Source: an uncultured virus (IMG/VR IMGVR_UViG_3300037467_002795)
Lineage: Duplodnaviria; Heunggongvirae; Uroviricota; Caudoviricetes
Reading direction: 5' to 3' (one strand)
Length of the DNA stretch: 63,177 nucleotides
IMG/VR virus record: IMGVR_UViG_3300037467_002795
Shown: piece by piece, positions 29,161-38,457 of the stretch
Layout of the letters: every line of letters starts with the position of its first letter
How positions within the stretch are numbered: position 1 is the first letter of the stretch
Notes under the pieces: model-generated
What the model saw: the letters and a program-made list of their open reading frames with translations, nothing else
What the model was told of the DNA's origin: nothing
The model's database searches: none
Program-made: the position numbers and the translations under genes

Positions 29161-29813
29161 CGATTTACCAGACAATTACGGCTCTTACGAAGGCCCGGGA
29201 AACCGGCAAGAGCATCGTGGTAATCGAGCCGGTCATCTTGGACCAGTGGCGAACGCCCGATGTGATGAAGTTAGCGTATCGGGTGTTCGTTGAGGACGAC
29301 ATCGGTAGCCTCCCCATCCTGGCCGACGCCCTTCAAGACGCCGGGTGTGAAAACCTCGAAATTCTGATGTCGTGCCAGACGGGGGAGATGACCCCGGATG
29401 CGGTGGCGGTAGTCGAGGCCGTTCTCACCACGCCCGAAGTGGACCGGTTCTTTCAGGATTTTATACGGGCGGCTCTGTGGTCTTCAAACGATGAGGACGG
29501 GATTCCACTCGACGAAAGTCACGACGTCGAGGACATCGAACCGTCTACACGGGTGCTGATGAAGGCCGAATGTGTAGAGTTCTACACAAAGAACCGGCAC
29601 GATATCGAAACCGCCTGCCTCAAGGTCCACGACGACAACGGGCCGGAAGGACAAGCCGGGTACGACTTCTGGATGACCCGACATGGGCATGGCGTCGGAT
29701 TCTGGGAAACAAACGATTGGGAAGAAAAGGCCGGGGAACGGCTCACCGTGTCAGCGGGAAAATATGAAGAATGGTATCTGTACGTCGAGGATGGGGCCAT
29801 CTACGGGAACTAG
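29157..29813 (+). CDS. Chimeric protein: Gemmata-type LPILADALQDAGC domain plus a phage domain
   Basis: LPILADALQDAGCENLEIL motif; C-terminal AGYDFWMTRHGHGVGFW motif. Confidence 0.65.
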   Translation: MTIYQTITALTKARETGKSIVVIEPVILDQWRTPDVMKLAYRVFVEDDIGSLPILADALQDAGCENLEILMSCQTGEMTPDAVAVVEAVLTTPEVDRFFQDFIRAALWSSNDEDGIPLDESHDVEDIEPSTRVLMKAECVEFYTKNRHDIETACLKVHDDNGPEGQAGYDFWMTRHGHGVGFWETNDWEEKAGERLTVSAGKYEEWYLYVEDGAIYGN

Positions 29814-29890
29814 GCAACGCGGAGCCCAGCCCCTTTCGGCCCCGAGCTCCCCTGTGCCTCTCCCGCCGATAATAGAAAGGATTGGAAGTA

Positions 29891-30106
29891 ATGTTCGAAA
29901 GAAACTTTACCATATTTGACCCGTTTACCTTCGAGCACGCCAGGGCACTGGATGGCAAACATGCCCGTGTCAAGGTCATGGATAGCGGACTGACGGCAAC
30001 CTACGAAGGAGTCGTTAGGTTCGTATCCGCAGAAGAAACGCAAGTGGGAAATGAAGTGCTCATGAACGACTGCATAGTATCAGTACGAGGAGGAGTTCAA
30101 GCCTAA
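29891..30106 (+). CDS. Hypothetical protein
   Basis: Start follows a motif B variant. Confidence 0.5.
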   Translation: MFERNFTIFDPFTFEHARALDGKHARVKVMDSGLTATYEGVVRFVSAEETQVGNEVLMNDCIVSVRGGVQA

Positions 30107-30165
30107 AAAACCGAAGATGCCCAATAGAGGGGATTGGAATTTTTTAACCGCCAGCGGAACAAAAC

Positions 30166-30894
30166 ATGATTGAAAAAGGCTCAGTCCTCCGCCTACACGA
30201 AAAAGGGCTTTATACGGTCGGGGACTTCCGAATTACCATCAGTGAAGAGTCAGGAAATTACGTGGCCCAGCTGATGATGACGGGAGACGATGGGGTCGAA
30301 TACTGGTATCCGGTAGAAATGGTCATGGAGCTCATTCGCAACAGTAAACTCTACCCACATGGGCAAGAAGACATAATGGGCTGGCTTCACAAGAAGCTGG
30401 CAGAGAAGCGACAAGGAACGGGCCTTAATAGAGGGGATTGGAAGTTTAGACTACGCCTGAAGGAGCATCCCGTGACCATTATTGACCGCGATTTGAAGAA
30501 CGCGAACTTCGACACCGTAACGGCCGCCTGTGACTGTTGTGGGACCAAGTGCCCCGAGACCACGCGGTGCGGGACGGGCCACTGGGAAAAGGAAATGGCT
30601 CGGCTGAATGCGCTGGACAAGGGGTGGTCGGAGAAGCCCTGGGGCTCAATGCGGGTGCTCGTCTGCCCTACCTGCCAGCAGCACGACACGAACCGCCAGC
30701 TGGCGATGTTCAAGTGGCGGGACATCCGGACCGGCCGCCGGGTGGTGATGACCGAGGCCCAGCTCGAGGCCCTGGTGTCGCACCTGATGACTGTGAACGG
30801 GGAGGAAAACGAACTGGCGAACCGTCTGGCATCCGAGCCAAACCCAAACCGGGTGGGGACACTGGATAGCTTGGTGGTCTTCATCCGTTATTAG
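30166..30894 (+). CDS. Hypothetical protein, probably two genes joined across motif B
   Basis: Internal motif B at 30425 read as LNRGDWK; internal AAGGAG plus GTG near 30472. Confidence 0.5.
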   Translation: MIEKGSVLRLHEKGLYTVGDFRITISEESGNYVAQLMMTGDDGVEYWYPVEMVMELIRNSKLYPHGQEDIMGWLHKKLAEKRQGTGLNRGDWKFRLRLKEHPVTIIDRDLKNANFDTVTAACDCCGTKCPETTRCGTGHWEKEMARLNALDKGWSEKPWGSMRVLVCPTCQQHDTNRQLAMFKWRDIRTGRRVVMTEAQLEALVSHLMTVNGEENELANRLASEPNPNRVGTLDSLVVFIRY

Positions 30895-30934
30895 AGCAAA
30901 GTGCCTACCCGACCGTTCCTACTACCTAACGGGC

Positions 30935-30963
30935 TTGACTCACGCTGTCGTTTACACTATTTT
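30935..30963 (+). promoter_or_regulatory. Sigma70-like promoter, copy 1
   Basis: TTGACT-N17-TATTTT; the spacer is conserved in the other two copies. Confidence 0.6.
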
Positions 30964-31067
30964 AAAGCATTGCTCCGGCAGGAAGGGGGGCAGTGGGCGG
31001 GAAGACTTCCAATCCCCCCATCAAAGCTTCCTAGGGATATTTCCAACTCCGCCAGGGGACGCAGTCC

Positions 31068-31292
31068 ATGGACCCCGCACTCTGCTACGACGAATTCTTC
31101 GACGCCCTCAAGGCAGGTCGCCTATCGGAGGCCTGTGACAGGGCGGACGACCTCGAACAGTGGTTTCGTAAAGGCGGCTTTGTTCCGCCAAAGCTCGAAG
31201 CCCGAAAGATGTCGGCTCCGCTTTTAGCGGAAATGTTCTTTCAGACCAGTTTGGTCCTGATGTGGGCTCGGTCGGACATCGAGGACGACTAG
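31068..31292 (+). CDS. Hypothetical protein, family P4
   Basis: MDPALCYDEFFDALKAGRLS; near-identical to 33098..33322. Confidence 0.75.
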   Translation: MDPALCYDEFFDALKAGRLSEACDRADDLEQWFRKGGFVPPKLEARKMSAPLLAEMFFQTSLVLMWARSDIEDD

Positions 31293-31340
31293 CTGGCTTC
31301 GCCAGCGAATAGTTATTCCAAAAATAGGAGCGCAACACCT

Positions 31341-31628
31341 GTGACTATTCAGGAAAGGGTTCAGCGAGGGATTGAACTGCTTGATGCGAAAGTTCCCGGC
31401 TGGGCCAGCAGGATTAACCTGGACAACCTTCAGTTAAGCGACTGTGTCGAGTGCGTTCTGGGCCAACTCTTCGGCCGGTTTTCGAAAGGGGCGGACGAGC
31501 TCGGCCTGGACTACTGCTCAAGCAAAATCAGAGACCACGGATTCGACGCCCAACCGAGTGACGCAACAGGTGACTTCCAAAGACTCCAAAAAGAGTGGGT
31601 GCGACGAATCCAGGAACGCAAGGCTTAA
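31341..31628 (+). CDS. Hypothetical protein, family P3
   Basis: IQERVQRGIELLD..PGW..CVLGQLFG..EWVRRI. Confidence 0.75.
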   Translation: MTIQERVQRGIELLDAKVPGWASRINLDNLQLSDCVECVLGQLFGRFSKGADELGLDYCSSKIRDHGFDAQPSDATGDFQRLQKEWVRRIQERKA

Positions 31629-31726
31629 TAGAGGGGATTGCTTGGGTGAGCTTCGCTCACGGTGGCCCATTCTGTTCGTCCCTTATGTACCGAAAAACAG
31701 AAAAAGCGACCGCCACCATCAGGTAA

Positions 31727-31805
31727 TTCCGGCAGGAGAGGGAGACACTGCCACTTTCCTGCCGGACAAAGTGCCGTCGGTTGTCCAAGCAAACTCCCCC
31801 ATTAA
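31727..31805. repeat. Motif A inverted pair plus a reverse motif B variant
   Basis: TTCCGGCAGGAGAGGG..CTTTCCTGCCGGA..CCAAGCAAACTCCCCCATTAA. Confidence 0.8.
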
Positions 31806-31880
31806 GACCGAGCGAAGCGAGTCAAGTTTCTAACCACCTACTCGTGCCCACCAGGGCACTTTCAGCTCTGACAGGGAACC

Positions 31881-32117
31881 ATGACAAGGGACCAAAGACA
31901 CCAGATGGTCGAGGAACTTGCCGGCAAACTAGGACTGCAAATAAAACGAACGGCCAATAATGACTGGGCAGTTAGCGGCCCCGAAGGGCATCGAGGGATG
32001 CTGTCGTACAACCAGAAATCGGGAGTCTGGAAAGCAATTGGAGGCAGCCTAAGTAAAGCTCACTACGGGGAAGTTGGTGGCCTCTTGAATTTATTTGCCT
32101 GCACAAAAGCTAAGTGA
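31881..32117 (+). CDS. Hypothetical protein
   Basis: Small ORF with RBS. Confidence 0.5.
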   Translation: MTRDQRHQMVEELAGKLGLQIKRTANNDWAVSGPEGHRGMLSYNQKSGVWKAIGGSLSKAHYGEVGGLLNLFACTKAK

Positions 32118-32259
32118 TGTGGGGAGAAGCAAGATGCGGAAAAAAGTAGAAACTGTGCCCGTCGACTTCGTCCGCACCATAGGCAAGGACGGGAACCGGC
32201 TTTTTGACTACATCGAGACGCAGATTTGAGAACAGGACCCAGACGAGCCAAAAGGATAC

Positions 32260-32607
32260 GTGCGGTTCGTCCAGTGCCGACCCTTGAAAGATGTGCGGTA
32301 CTTGCTCCGCAAGGCCCTCGACGCCGCGGGTATTTCTTACGAATACGTCAGCAATTACCCGGAGGCTGACAAGGGCCAGCCGTGGCCGGGCGCCCGGGAC
32401 GGTGAGACCTTCGTCAACCTGGAGCCGGGTGAGAACGAGGGTTATTCGCTGTACGTGAACGTGCGAGTCCCGAGCCCGAACCGCGACGGGACTTACACGC
32501 TTTTTCAGCCAATTCGAGTCAAGCTACTGAGCACAGTCGATGAAGCCCTAAAGGCTCATGGCTTCGTGTCTTACTTGTTTCAATGGTTAACCCGACGGCG
32601 GTCTTGA
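32260..32607 (+). CDS. Hypothetical protein
   Basis: AAGGA RBS, GTG start. Confidence 0.55.
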   Translation: MRFVQCRPLKDVRYLLRKALDAAGISYEYVSNYPEADKGQPWPGARDGETFVNLEPGENEGYSLYVNVRVPSPNRDGTYTLFQPIRVKLLSTVDEALKAHGFVSYLFQWLTRRRS

Positions 32608-32632
32608 CAATCGCTGTTATTTACACTATTTT
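32604..32632 (+). promoter_or_regulatory. Sigma70-like promoter, copy 2
   Basis: TTGACA-N17-TATTTT. Confidence 0.65.
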
Positions 32633-32689
32633 ACGAAAACCGCACGGGACGCAGTCCCGACGCAGGGCAAAGCCCCGACAGGAGCAAGC

Positions 32690-32908
32690 GTGCTAGCATC
32701 TGAACGGAACCCAATTGTCGTGGACATTGAATTTAAGATAGATATGTTAAAAATTGGAACAACAAAGACCAAACTGGAGCTTTCACTATCTGACACTGGA
32801 GAATCAGCCGAACAAGAAGCCATCGAAGCGGCAACCGCACGCATTCAGCGACTGTTCGCCGGGACGAGGGCAATGATGCCACAATCGGAAAATCCCAATG
32901 AGGCATGA
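32690..32908 (+). CDS. Hypothetical protein
   Basis: AGGAG RBS. Confidence 0.5.
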   Translation: MLASERNPIVVDIEFKIDMLKIGTTKTKLELSLSDTGESAEQEAIEAATARIQRLFAGTRAMMPQSENPNEA

Positions 32909-32963
32909 ACACCAAGCTCGGTAGGCTCGACCGAGTTTTTTCGGAACTGCGGCCCGGTCGGGC

Positions 32964-32992
32964 TTGAGACACGCTGTCGTTTACTCTATTTT
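32964..32992 (+). promoter_or_regulatory. Sigma70-like promoter, copy 3
   Basis: TTGAGA-N17-TATTTT. Confidence 0.55.
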
Positions 32993-33097
32993 ATAGCATT
33001 GTTCCGGCAGGAAAGGGGGCAGTGGGCGAGCGAACTTCCAATCCTCCCCATTAAGGCTTCCTAAGGATTTTTCCAACTCCGCCCGGGAGCGAAGCTC

Positions 33098-33322
33098 ATG
33101 GACCCAACAGTCTGCTACGACGAGTTCCTCGACGCCCTCAAGGCGGGTCGTCTGTCGGTAGCCTGCGACCGGGCGGACGACCTCGAAGGGTGGTTTCGCA
33201 AGGGCGGCTTTGTCCCGCCGAAGCTCCAGACACGAAAAATGTCAGGCTCAGTATTAACGGGAATGTTCTTTAAGACCAGTTTGGTCCTGATGTGGGCTCG
33301 GTCGGACATCGAGGACGATTAA
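33098..33322 (+). CDS. Hypothetical protein, family P4
   Basis: Paralog of 31068..31292. Confidence 0.75.
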   Translation: MDPTVCYDEFLDALKAGRLSVACDRADDLEGWFRKGGFVPPKLQTRKMSGSVLTGMFFKTSLVLMWARSDIEDD

Positions 33323-33367
33323 CGGTTCCGACAGGCTTGCAAAGCAAGGGTTAATAAGGGGGATAGG

Positions 33368-33613
33368 ATGGACGCCATGCAAGAGCGAGTCCAGCGAGGA
33401 ATCGAGCTGCTCAACGCGAAAGTTCCCGGCTGGGTTGAGCGGATAAACATCGACGAACTCAATATGGCAATCTGCGCAAGGTGTGTTCTTGGGCAGCTTT
33501 TCGAACACTTTGACCGAGGAAGAAAAGAACTCGGCATTAAAGGCTTCGAATACACTCACGGTTTCGATGTCGAACGCTTCGCGACAGAATATCCCAGCCT
33601 GCGAAAGGAATAG
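33368..33613 (+). CDS. Hypothetical protein, family P3 (premature TAG at a conserved Trp)
   Basis: KE*VRRIKELKAQ* where the paralogs read KEWVRRI. Confidence 0.7.
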   Translation: MDAMQERVQRGIELLNAKVPGWVERINIDELNMAICARCVLGQLFEHFDRGRKELGIKGFEYTHGFDVERFATEYPSLRKE

Positions 33614-33657
33614 GTCCGGAGAATTAAGGAACTCAAGGCTCAATAGAGGGGGATTGC

Positions 33658-33975
33658 ATGGACAGGTGTGAAACGCCGACGATAAGTATTCAAGAACGAG
33701 TTCAAAAAGGAATCGACCTCCTCAACGGGGTCGACCTGCTGTGGTTCGAAAAGGTAGACCCCAAAACCCTTGCCATGTCCAGTTGCACACGATGTGTCCT
33801 GGGCCAAATTTTCGGGCAATTTCACACGGGCTTAGAGCAAATAAACCTCGAAGAACCCGCTGCAAATTACGGCTTCGACCGCTTCAACCGGGGGATGGAA
33901 ATCGGAAGCTTTCGAGAATTCGTCGACCTCAAAAAAGAATGGGTCCGACGCATTACCGAATTACGGGCATCTTAA
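33658..33975 (+). CDS. Hypothetical protein, family P3
   Basis: IQERVQKGIDLLN..CVLGQIFG..EWVRRI. Confidence 0.75.
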   Translation: MDRCETPTISIQERVQKGIDLLNGVDLLWFEKVDPKTLAMSSCTRCVLGQIFGQFHTGLEQINLEEPAANYGFDRFNRGMEIGSFREFVDLKKEWVRRITELRAS

Positions 33976-33998
33976 CAATTTCCGCGAGGTTCGCAGTC

Positions 33999-34517
33999 AT
34001 GCGAATGAATAGGCAAGAATACCTCGACCTCCTAATCAAAACCAGTCGAGACGGCAAATTCCCGAGCCGCTGCGAGGACGAGCGAGGCCCGGACTGCCGC
34101 TACCGAACACCCGATGGCGAGCGGCAATGTGCCGTCGGACTACTTATTCCGCCCGAGAAATACGTCGCGGGGATGGAATGCGGCTGTGCCCACGAATTGT
34201 TCCGCAAATTCCCATCGCTGGAAACCGTCGTCCCCGAAGGATTAACCGTCGATGACCTGCGAGAAGTTCAAATGGTCCACGACCGCCATTGTCTGTGGGA
34301 CCACGAGAAGTTTGTCTTGCAGCTCATGGAACTGGAGTGCTTTCAGGGCCTGTGTCCTTCGGACGGTGAGCAAAACTCACAAGAGCGGTGCGACCAGTGC
34401 TTGGGAGTCGGAATGATGCAAACCCACACTTGGGTCGAACATGGAAAGGTTCGTTACGAAAAGTGCCCAAAATGCAAAGGTAACGGGTTCGTCTCGACGA
34501 CCCAAGACAAGAAGTAG
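33999..34517 (+). CDS. Hypothetical protein, family P1, with C-terminal DnaJ-like Zn finger
   Basis: YLDLLIKTSRDGKFPS..CRYR..CAVGLLIP..HD; CDQCLGVG and CPKCKGNG. Confidence 0.7.
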   Translation: MRMNRQEYLDLLIKTSRDGKFPSRCEDERGPDCRYRTPDGERQCAVGLLIPPEKYVAGMECGCAHELFRKFPSLETVVPEGLTVDDLREVQMVHDRHCLWDHEKFVLQLMELECFQGLCPSDGEQNSQERCDQCLGVGMMQTHTWVEHGKVRYEKCPKCKGNGFVSTTQDKK

Positions 34518-34551
34518 GCACTATTTCCGGCAGGAGAGAGGAGCATTGACC

Positions 34552-35238
34552 ATGTGCAGTAGCTGGCAGGCGGGCCTGGTTGTCGCCCAAACCACTCCCA
34601 AGGAACGGGCAGACACCAACAACGGCCTGCGATGGGCCACTTACCGAGTCCGCCGAATCGACGCGGCCGAGCACCAACTATTGAGGGTGGCCGGGACCGT
34701 CGGTCAGTTCGCCCCCTTTCAGCCTTTCGTGCTGGAGGTCCAACGCACCAAGACTGAGGGGAGCCAGGTCGACGAAGGAAACTGGGAATTCTGGGCCTCG
34801 GGTGACAGCCCAGAAGCGGTCATTAACGAGATGTTGGGGGACACAAGCTTCCTCGAAGCCCAGTCCCTACATCCACTGCATGCGGAGCTGGTCGCCGCGA
34901 CCCGCGAACTGCGAGAGGCCCAGGACCAAGAATATAGTGCCGAACGCCGCATGAAGGCCGCCCACCAGGTAGTCCAGGACTTTAAGGACGAGAAGAACCG
35001 GGCGTATGCGGCGAAAATCGCCGGCATCACGGACGAGGACAAGGTCCGGGAGATTGGCAAACGCATGCTGGCCTCGGCACTGCCTCGATTGGAAGAACTC
35101 AGACGAGAGGCGACCGAGGCCGATGCCGCATTCCGGGTCGCAACGAAGAAGGCGGAACAGCTACGGGCACGCGACAAACAACTTTCCCACCGGACCTCCG
35201 GTCAGGTCAGCGAAGCTGACTGCCGGAACGAGGATTGA
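34552..35238 (+). CDS. Hypothetical coiled-coil protein
   Basis: RBS supplied by the motif A tail (GAGGAG). Confidence 0.6.
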   Translation: MCSSWQAGLVVAQTTPKERADTNNGLRWATYRVRRIDAAEHQLLRVAGTVGQFAPFQPFVLEVQRTKTEGSQVDEGNWEFWASGDSPEAVINEMLGDTSFLEAQSLHPLHAELVAATRELREAQDQEYSAERRMKAAHQVVQDFKDEKNRAYAAKIAGITDEDKVREIGKRMLASALPRLEELRREATEADAAFRVATKKAEQLRARDKQLSHRTSGQVSEADCRNED

Positions 35239-35621
35239 CCATGCAAAACCTGCGAATCTTCTCGGCCTTCGTCTCGCCCGACGCCGTTTACGAGCACCCG
35301 CCGGACTTGCCGACGAACCCGAAGGAACTGCCAGAAGGCCCGATTGAAGGATGGGAGTGTTACGCGAGCGTATTCGGAGAATTCCGGTGTGTGAGGCTCA
35401 AGGCGGAAATCAAGTTCGAACAGACGCGGGACTCGGGCCGAGTGCCGTTCATCAGGGCCGCAGGCAGCCAGTTCTACTTCAAAGAAAAAGGCCCGGCCGG
35501 ACACCCGTGCTGGTATCAGAGTGGGTTCACGCTGCGGTTCGTCCGCGAACAGCAAGACGCACATGATGTCGCGACACAGCCACCAAAACAGCTCCGAAAA
35601 CTGCTCGAGGACGACACATGA
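35235..35621 (+). CDS. Hypothetical protein
   Basis: Coupled ORF. Confidence 0.55.
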   Translation: MTMQNLRIFSAFVSPDAVYEHPPDLPTNPKELPEGPIEGWECYASVFGEFRCVRLKAEIKFEQTRDSGRVPFIRAAGSQFYFKEKGPAGHPCWYQSGFTLRFVREQQDAHDVATQPPKQLRKLLEDDT

Positions 35622-35716
35622 CAATCGGCTTACCAGCCACCATCCTGTTCATAATTGTGCTGTTCGCGGTTTTTGACCGCTCGCATCACTAATGACTACT
35701 TCCGAAGGAAGTAATT

Positions 35717-36073
35717 ATGTTATTTCACTCACGAATTTACATCCCGGCCGCCATCGAACTCCCTGGTGGTCCTCTCAGGCTCACCTACAGCAAACACGCC
35801 CTGCACAAGGCGGCAGACAACTACAACGGTGACATTACCTCTCTCCTGCCGGAAATCCTGGACCCCGCCGACGCCGAGCTGATTGAGGTCGAGACGGACG
35901 CGAACCTGCGTCTCATCAAGGTGGTTTACCGTCTCGAAGTTCGGAACGAACTTTTCGACATCGTGTTGGCCATCCAGACCGACCGAAACCTGGTCCGCAC
36001 CGTGTGGACTAACGACGTGAGAGACGAGCACCGGAGCCTCCGCAAGGCTCGATACGTAGGAGCACCGGTCTAA
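35717..36073 (+). CDS. Hypothetical protein (possible RelE/DUF4258-like fold)
   Basis: YSKHA..KVVYR..VRTVWTN pattern; fold call is weak. Confidence 0.5.
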   Translation: MLFHSRIYIPAAIELPGGPLRLTYSKHALHKAADNYNGDITSLLPEILDPADAELIEVETDANLRLIKVVYRLEVRNELFDIVLAIQTDRNLVRTVWTNDVRDEHRSLRKARYVGAPV

Positions 36074-36076
36074 AAA

Positions 36077-36289
36077 ATGAATGACGACCAAAAACTATTC
36101 CGAGTCGAAAAAGTGCTCGTGCCCGAATGGGGCAAGTCGACCACCGAATTCACTCGTTATTTCGTGGCCACAAGTCGCCACAGTGTCGAAGTCATTGTCC
36201 GCGAACGATTCGGACGTGGGGGATGGTCGCAGTGGGACCGATGCGAAACACGGTTCGAAATCGAAGAAGTTCCGGTCGAGATTCTGTGA
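36077..36289 (+). CDS. Hypothetical protein
   Basis: Followed by a terminator. Confidence 0.55.
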   Translation: MNDDQKLFRVEKVLVPEWGKSTTEFTRYFVATSRHSVEVIVRERFGRGGWSQWDRCETRFEIEEVPVEIL

Positions 36290-36292
36290 CTG

Positions 36293-36325
36293 TGCCCCGG
36301 GATAATCCCGGGGCATTTTTTATTT
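36293..36325 (+). terminator. Intrinsic terminator
   Basis: TGCCCCGGGA/TCCCGGGGCA stem plus T-tract. Confidence 0.85.
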
Positions 36326-36412
36326 CCCCAAGGTTGTCGCCTCTAGCGACATGACTGAAGGTCCGGCAGGGAAGAGTTCTGCCGAAGCCCACCTCACCCT
36401 TGGGGAAACAAG

Positions 36413-37102
36413 ATGCCCAAGACCATGAATGCCGCCCCGCGACTGCTCAGGCCGGCCGCCCACACGAACATTTCGATTCCGTTCGAGTTACCCGTTGTTC
36501 AGCTGGTCCCCATCAAAAACTTGAAAGAGGCCGACTACAACCCAAAAGACCGAAGCGACCCGAAAAGCACCCAGAAGGTGCTTCAGCTGGCCTCCGCCAT
36601 TCAGGCGACTCGCACGTGTGGTATTATCTGGATTCGGCCGGACCTGACAATTATCGAGGGCCATCGAACGGTCGCGGCCCTCAAGGTGCTCGACGCAAGT
36701 CACGCACCATGCGTGACATACGAAGGTGACCCGCACCAACTGTACGCCCTAATCAATGCGAATCAGAAGCCGCTATCTTCTCGGCACAAACTGGTCAACT
36801 ACCTGGCCCAGATGACCAGCGTGACCCCGTACATGCAGGTCGCATTCGCCCGGATGGAACGAATCGTCGGCCGAGTCGCGATGGAACAGGTGTGCCAGAA
36901 AGGAGGCAGCCTCGCGACCTTCAAACAGGCCATCGCCATCGCCGAATATTGCGGCGAAGAGGATGACCGGTTCGTCAAGAAAGCTCTTCTGTGGCTGGTC
37001 AACCTCCGGATGACTCGCTTGGCCCGCCAGTTCATGGACGCCCGCAAACCCGCCACCCGTCTTCTCGCCGCCATCGCCGGAAACACGAAATTGTGCTGTT
37101 GA
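36413..37102 (+). CDS. ParB/Srx N-terminal domain protein
   Basis: LKEADYNPK..LASAI..IIEGHRTVAALK (variant of the GHRR motif). Confidence 0.65.
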   Translation: MPKTMNAAPRLLRPAAHTNISIPFELPVVQLVPIKNLKEADYNPKDRSDPKSTQKVLQLASAIQATRTCGIIWIRPDLTIIEGHRTVAALKVLDASHAPCVTYEGDPHQLYALINANQKPLSSRHKLVNYLAQMTSVTPYMQVAFARMERIVGRVAMEQVCQKGGSLATFKQAIAIAEYCGEEDDRFVKKALLWLVNLRMTRLARQFMDARKPATRLLAAIAGNTKLCC

Positions 37103-37111
37103 GGAGCCACC

Positions 37112-37381
37112 GTGACCGCTCTTACTGAGGCACGAAACATCGCCCAGGCCGTCTTCCATCACCTGCCGTTCGACGAGGTACTTGTCAAAATCGACGGCCG
37201 GGAGCTGCTTTTCACCGCCCCGTCCCCGCAGTTACCGGACGCCGTCCTGGACGAACTTTGTGAGTCCAAGGGACACGTCTGGGAAACAGTTTACTGGTCC
37301 GAGGCCGAGCCACCGGCCCGTTACTGCCCTCGCTGCACCCGTGTCGAAGACGAACACTATTTTTTACGCTGTCAGACTTGA
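37112..37381 (+). CDS. Hypothetical protein
   Basis: GAGGAG RBS; CPRC. Confidence 0.55.
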   Translation: MTALTEARNIAQAVFHHLPFDEVLVKIDGRELLFTAPSPQLPDAVLDELCESKGHVWETVYWSEAEPPARYCPRCTRVEDEHYFLRCQT

Positions 37382-37441
37382 ACCCACCGCCGAGCCTGCT
37401 ACAGTAAACGGGCCGGCGGACTTCTTAAGAACGGAGTTCTG

Positions 37442-37663
37442 ATGTTCCCGCTCGAATTGTTCGCCTCGCAAATCCAAGCCGGAGACGTGTGGTCCAATCG
37501 CGTCGTCCAGCAAGTCTTGCATAGTGGGCCAAAGGTTCGAATTACGGTCGAACCAGAACAGCCGGGACCGTACGGGGGTGAAATCGTCGTGCGAGACGCG
37601 GCGGACAGACTTGTTGTTCATGTGCGTTCCGCACTTGTCCGTTCCGGACGCTGCCGCAGTTGA
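37442..37663 (+). CDS. Hypothetical protein
   Basis: GGAG RBS. Confidence 0.5.
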   Translation: MFPLELFASQIQAGDVWSNRVVQQVLHSGPKVRITVEPEQPGPYGGEIVVRDAADRLVVHVRSALVRSGRCRS

Positions 37664-37682
37664 ATTCATCACGGAGTCAGCC

Positions 37683-38237
37683 ATGACTTTTGAAGAATGG
37701 TGGTCGAAACGACCAGGAGAGGGGTTCTTCACCTACACCCAAGTTTTGTTTGCGGAAAAGATTGCTCGAGAGGCATTCGAAGCGAGCCAAGACGAAATTC
37801 TCAGACAGGAAGAGCGAGCGAACAAGGCCGAGGCCCTGAACGCCCCACTCCTCGAGCGTATCGAGCAGTTGAGAGCCGCGAGAGCCCAAGCAGAAGGTGA
37901 ACTCAAAACCCTCGTGACGCTGACGAATGCCCACAGACGGGTTCACCCCAAGTGCCAGCACTGCGGCTGGGAACAGCAGTTTCCGGTGACCCAATACGAG
38001 GCGGCCCGGGATGCCATTAATGAGCATGCGGCCGTCTGTGAAAAGCACCCGCAGCGGGCAGTCGAAAGAGAACTCAAGGCTCTCAAGCAGGAACTCGAGG
38101 CGATTCTGGACCGTGTTCCGGAGGCGGTCCGAGTTCGGGAGGGAGGAGGTCAGGAGAACTTGGCGGCGAGCCTAGCCATGACGGTTTTCAAACTTCGCGA
38201 CGAACTCAGGAACCTGAAGGGAGTTCGGCCACATTGA
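37683..38237 (+). CDS. Hypothetical coiled-coil/Zn-finger protein
   Basis: MTFEEWW start; CQHC..H..C. Confidence 0.6.
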   Translation: MTFEEWWSKRPGEGFFTYTQVLFAEKIAREAFEASQDEILRQEERANKAEALNAPLLERIEQLRAARAQAEGELKTLVTLTNAHRRVHPKCQHCGWEQQFPVTQYEAARDAINEHAAVCEKHPQRAVERELKALKQELEAILDRVPEAVRVREGGGQENLAASLAMTVFKLRDELRNLKGVRPH

Positions 38238-38251
38238 TGAAAAAGGCCATG

Positions 38252-38379
38252 TTCCGGCAGGAAAGGTTAATAGGGGTGATTGGATGGATAACCACAACAC
38301 TCCCCTCTCCTGCCGGAAATTAGTTAGTCGCTTCAACGAGGAACGAGCAGGGGTTTACCCAAGCAATCCCCCTCATTAA
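38252..38379. repeat. Composite element A-B-A'-B'
   Basis: TTCCGGCAGGAAAGG TTAATAGGGGTGATTGG ... CCCCTCTCCTGCCGGAA ... GCAATCCCCCTCATTAA. Confidence 0.85.
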
Positions 38380-38457
38380 GTCCGAGCAACGCGAGTAAAG
38401 TAAGCGACCACCTGACCAAACTTCAAGGACCATTCCAACTCCGCCAGGGGCGAAGCC

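Larger units (their letters stand above)
30932..31292 (+). repeat. Duplicated block, copy 1 (promoter + motif A + motif B + hairpin + gene)
   Basis: Near-identical to 32961..33322. Confidence 0.9.
32961..33322 (+). repeat. Duplicated block, copy 2
   Basis: Near-identical to 30932..31292. Confidence 0.9.
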
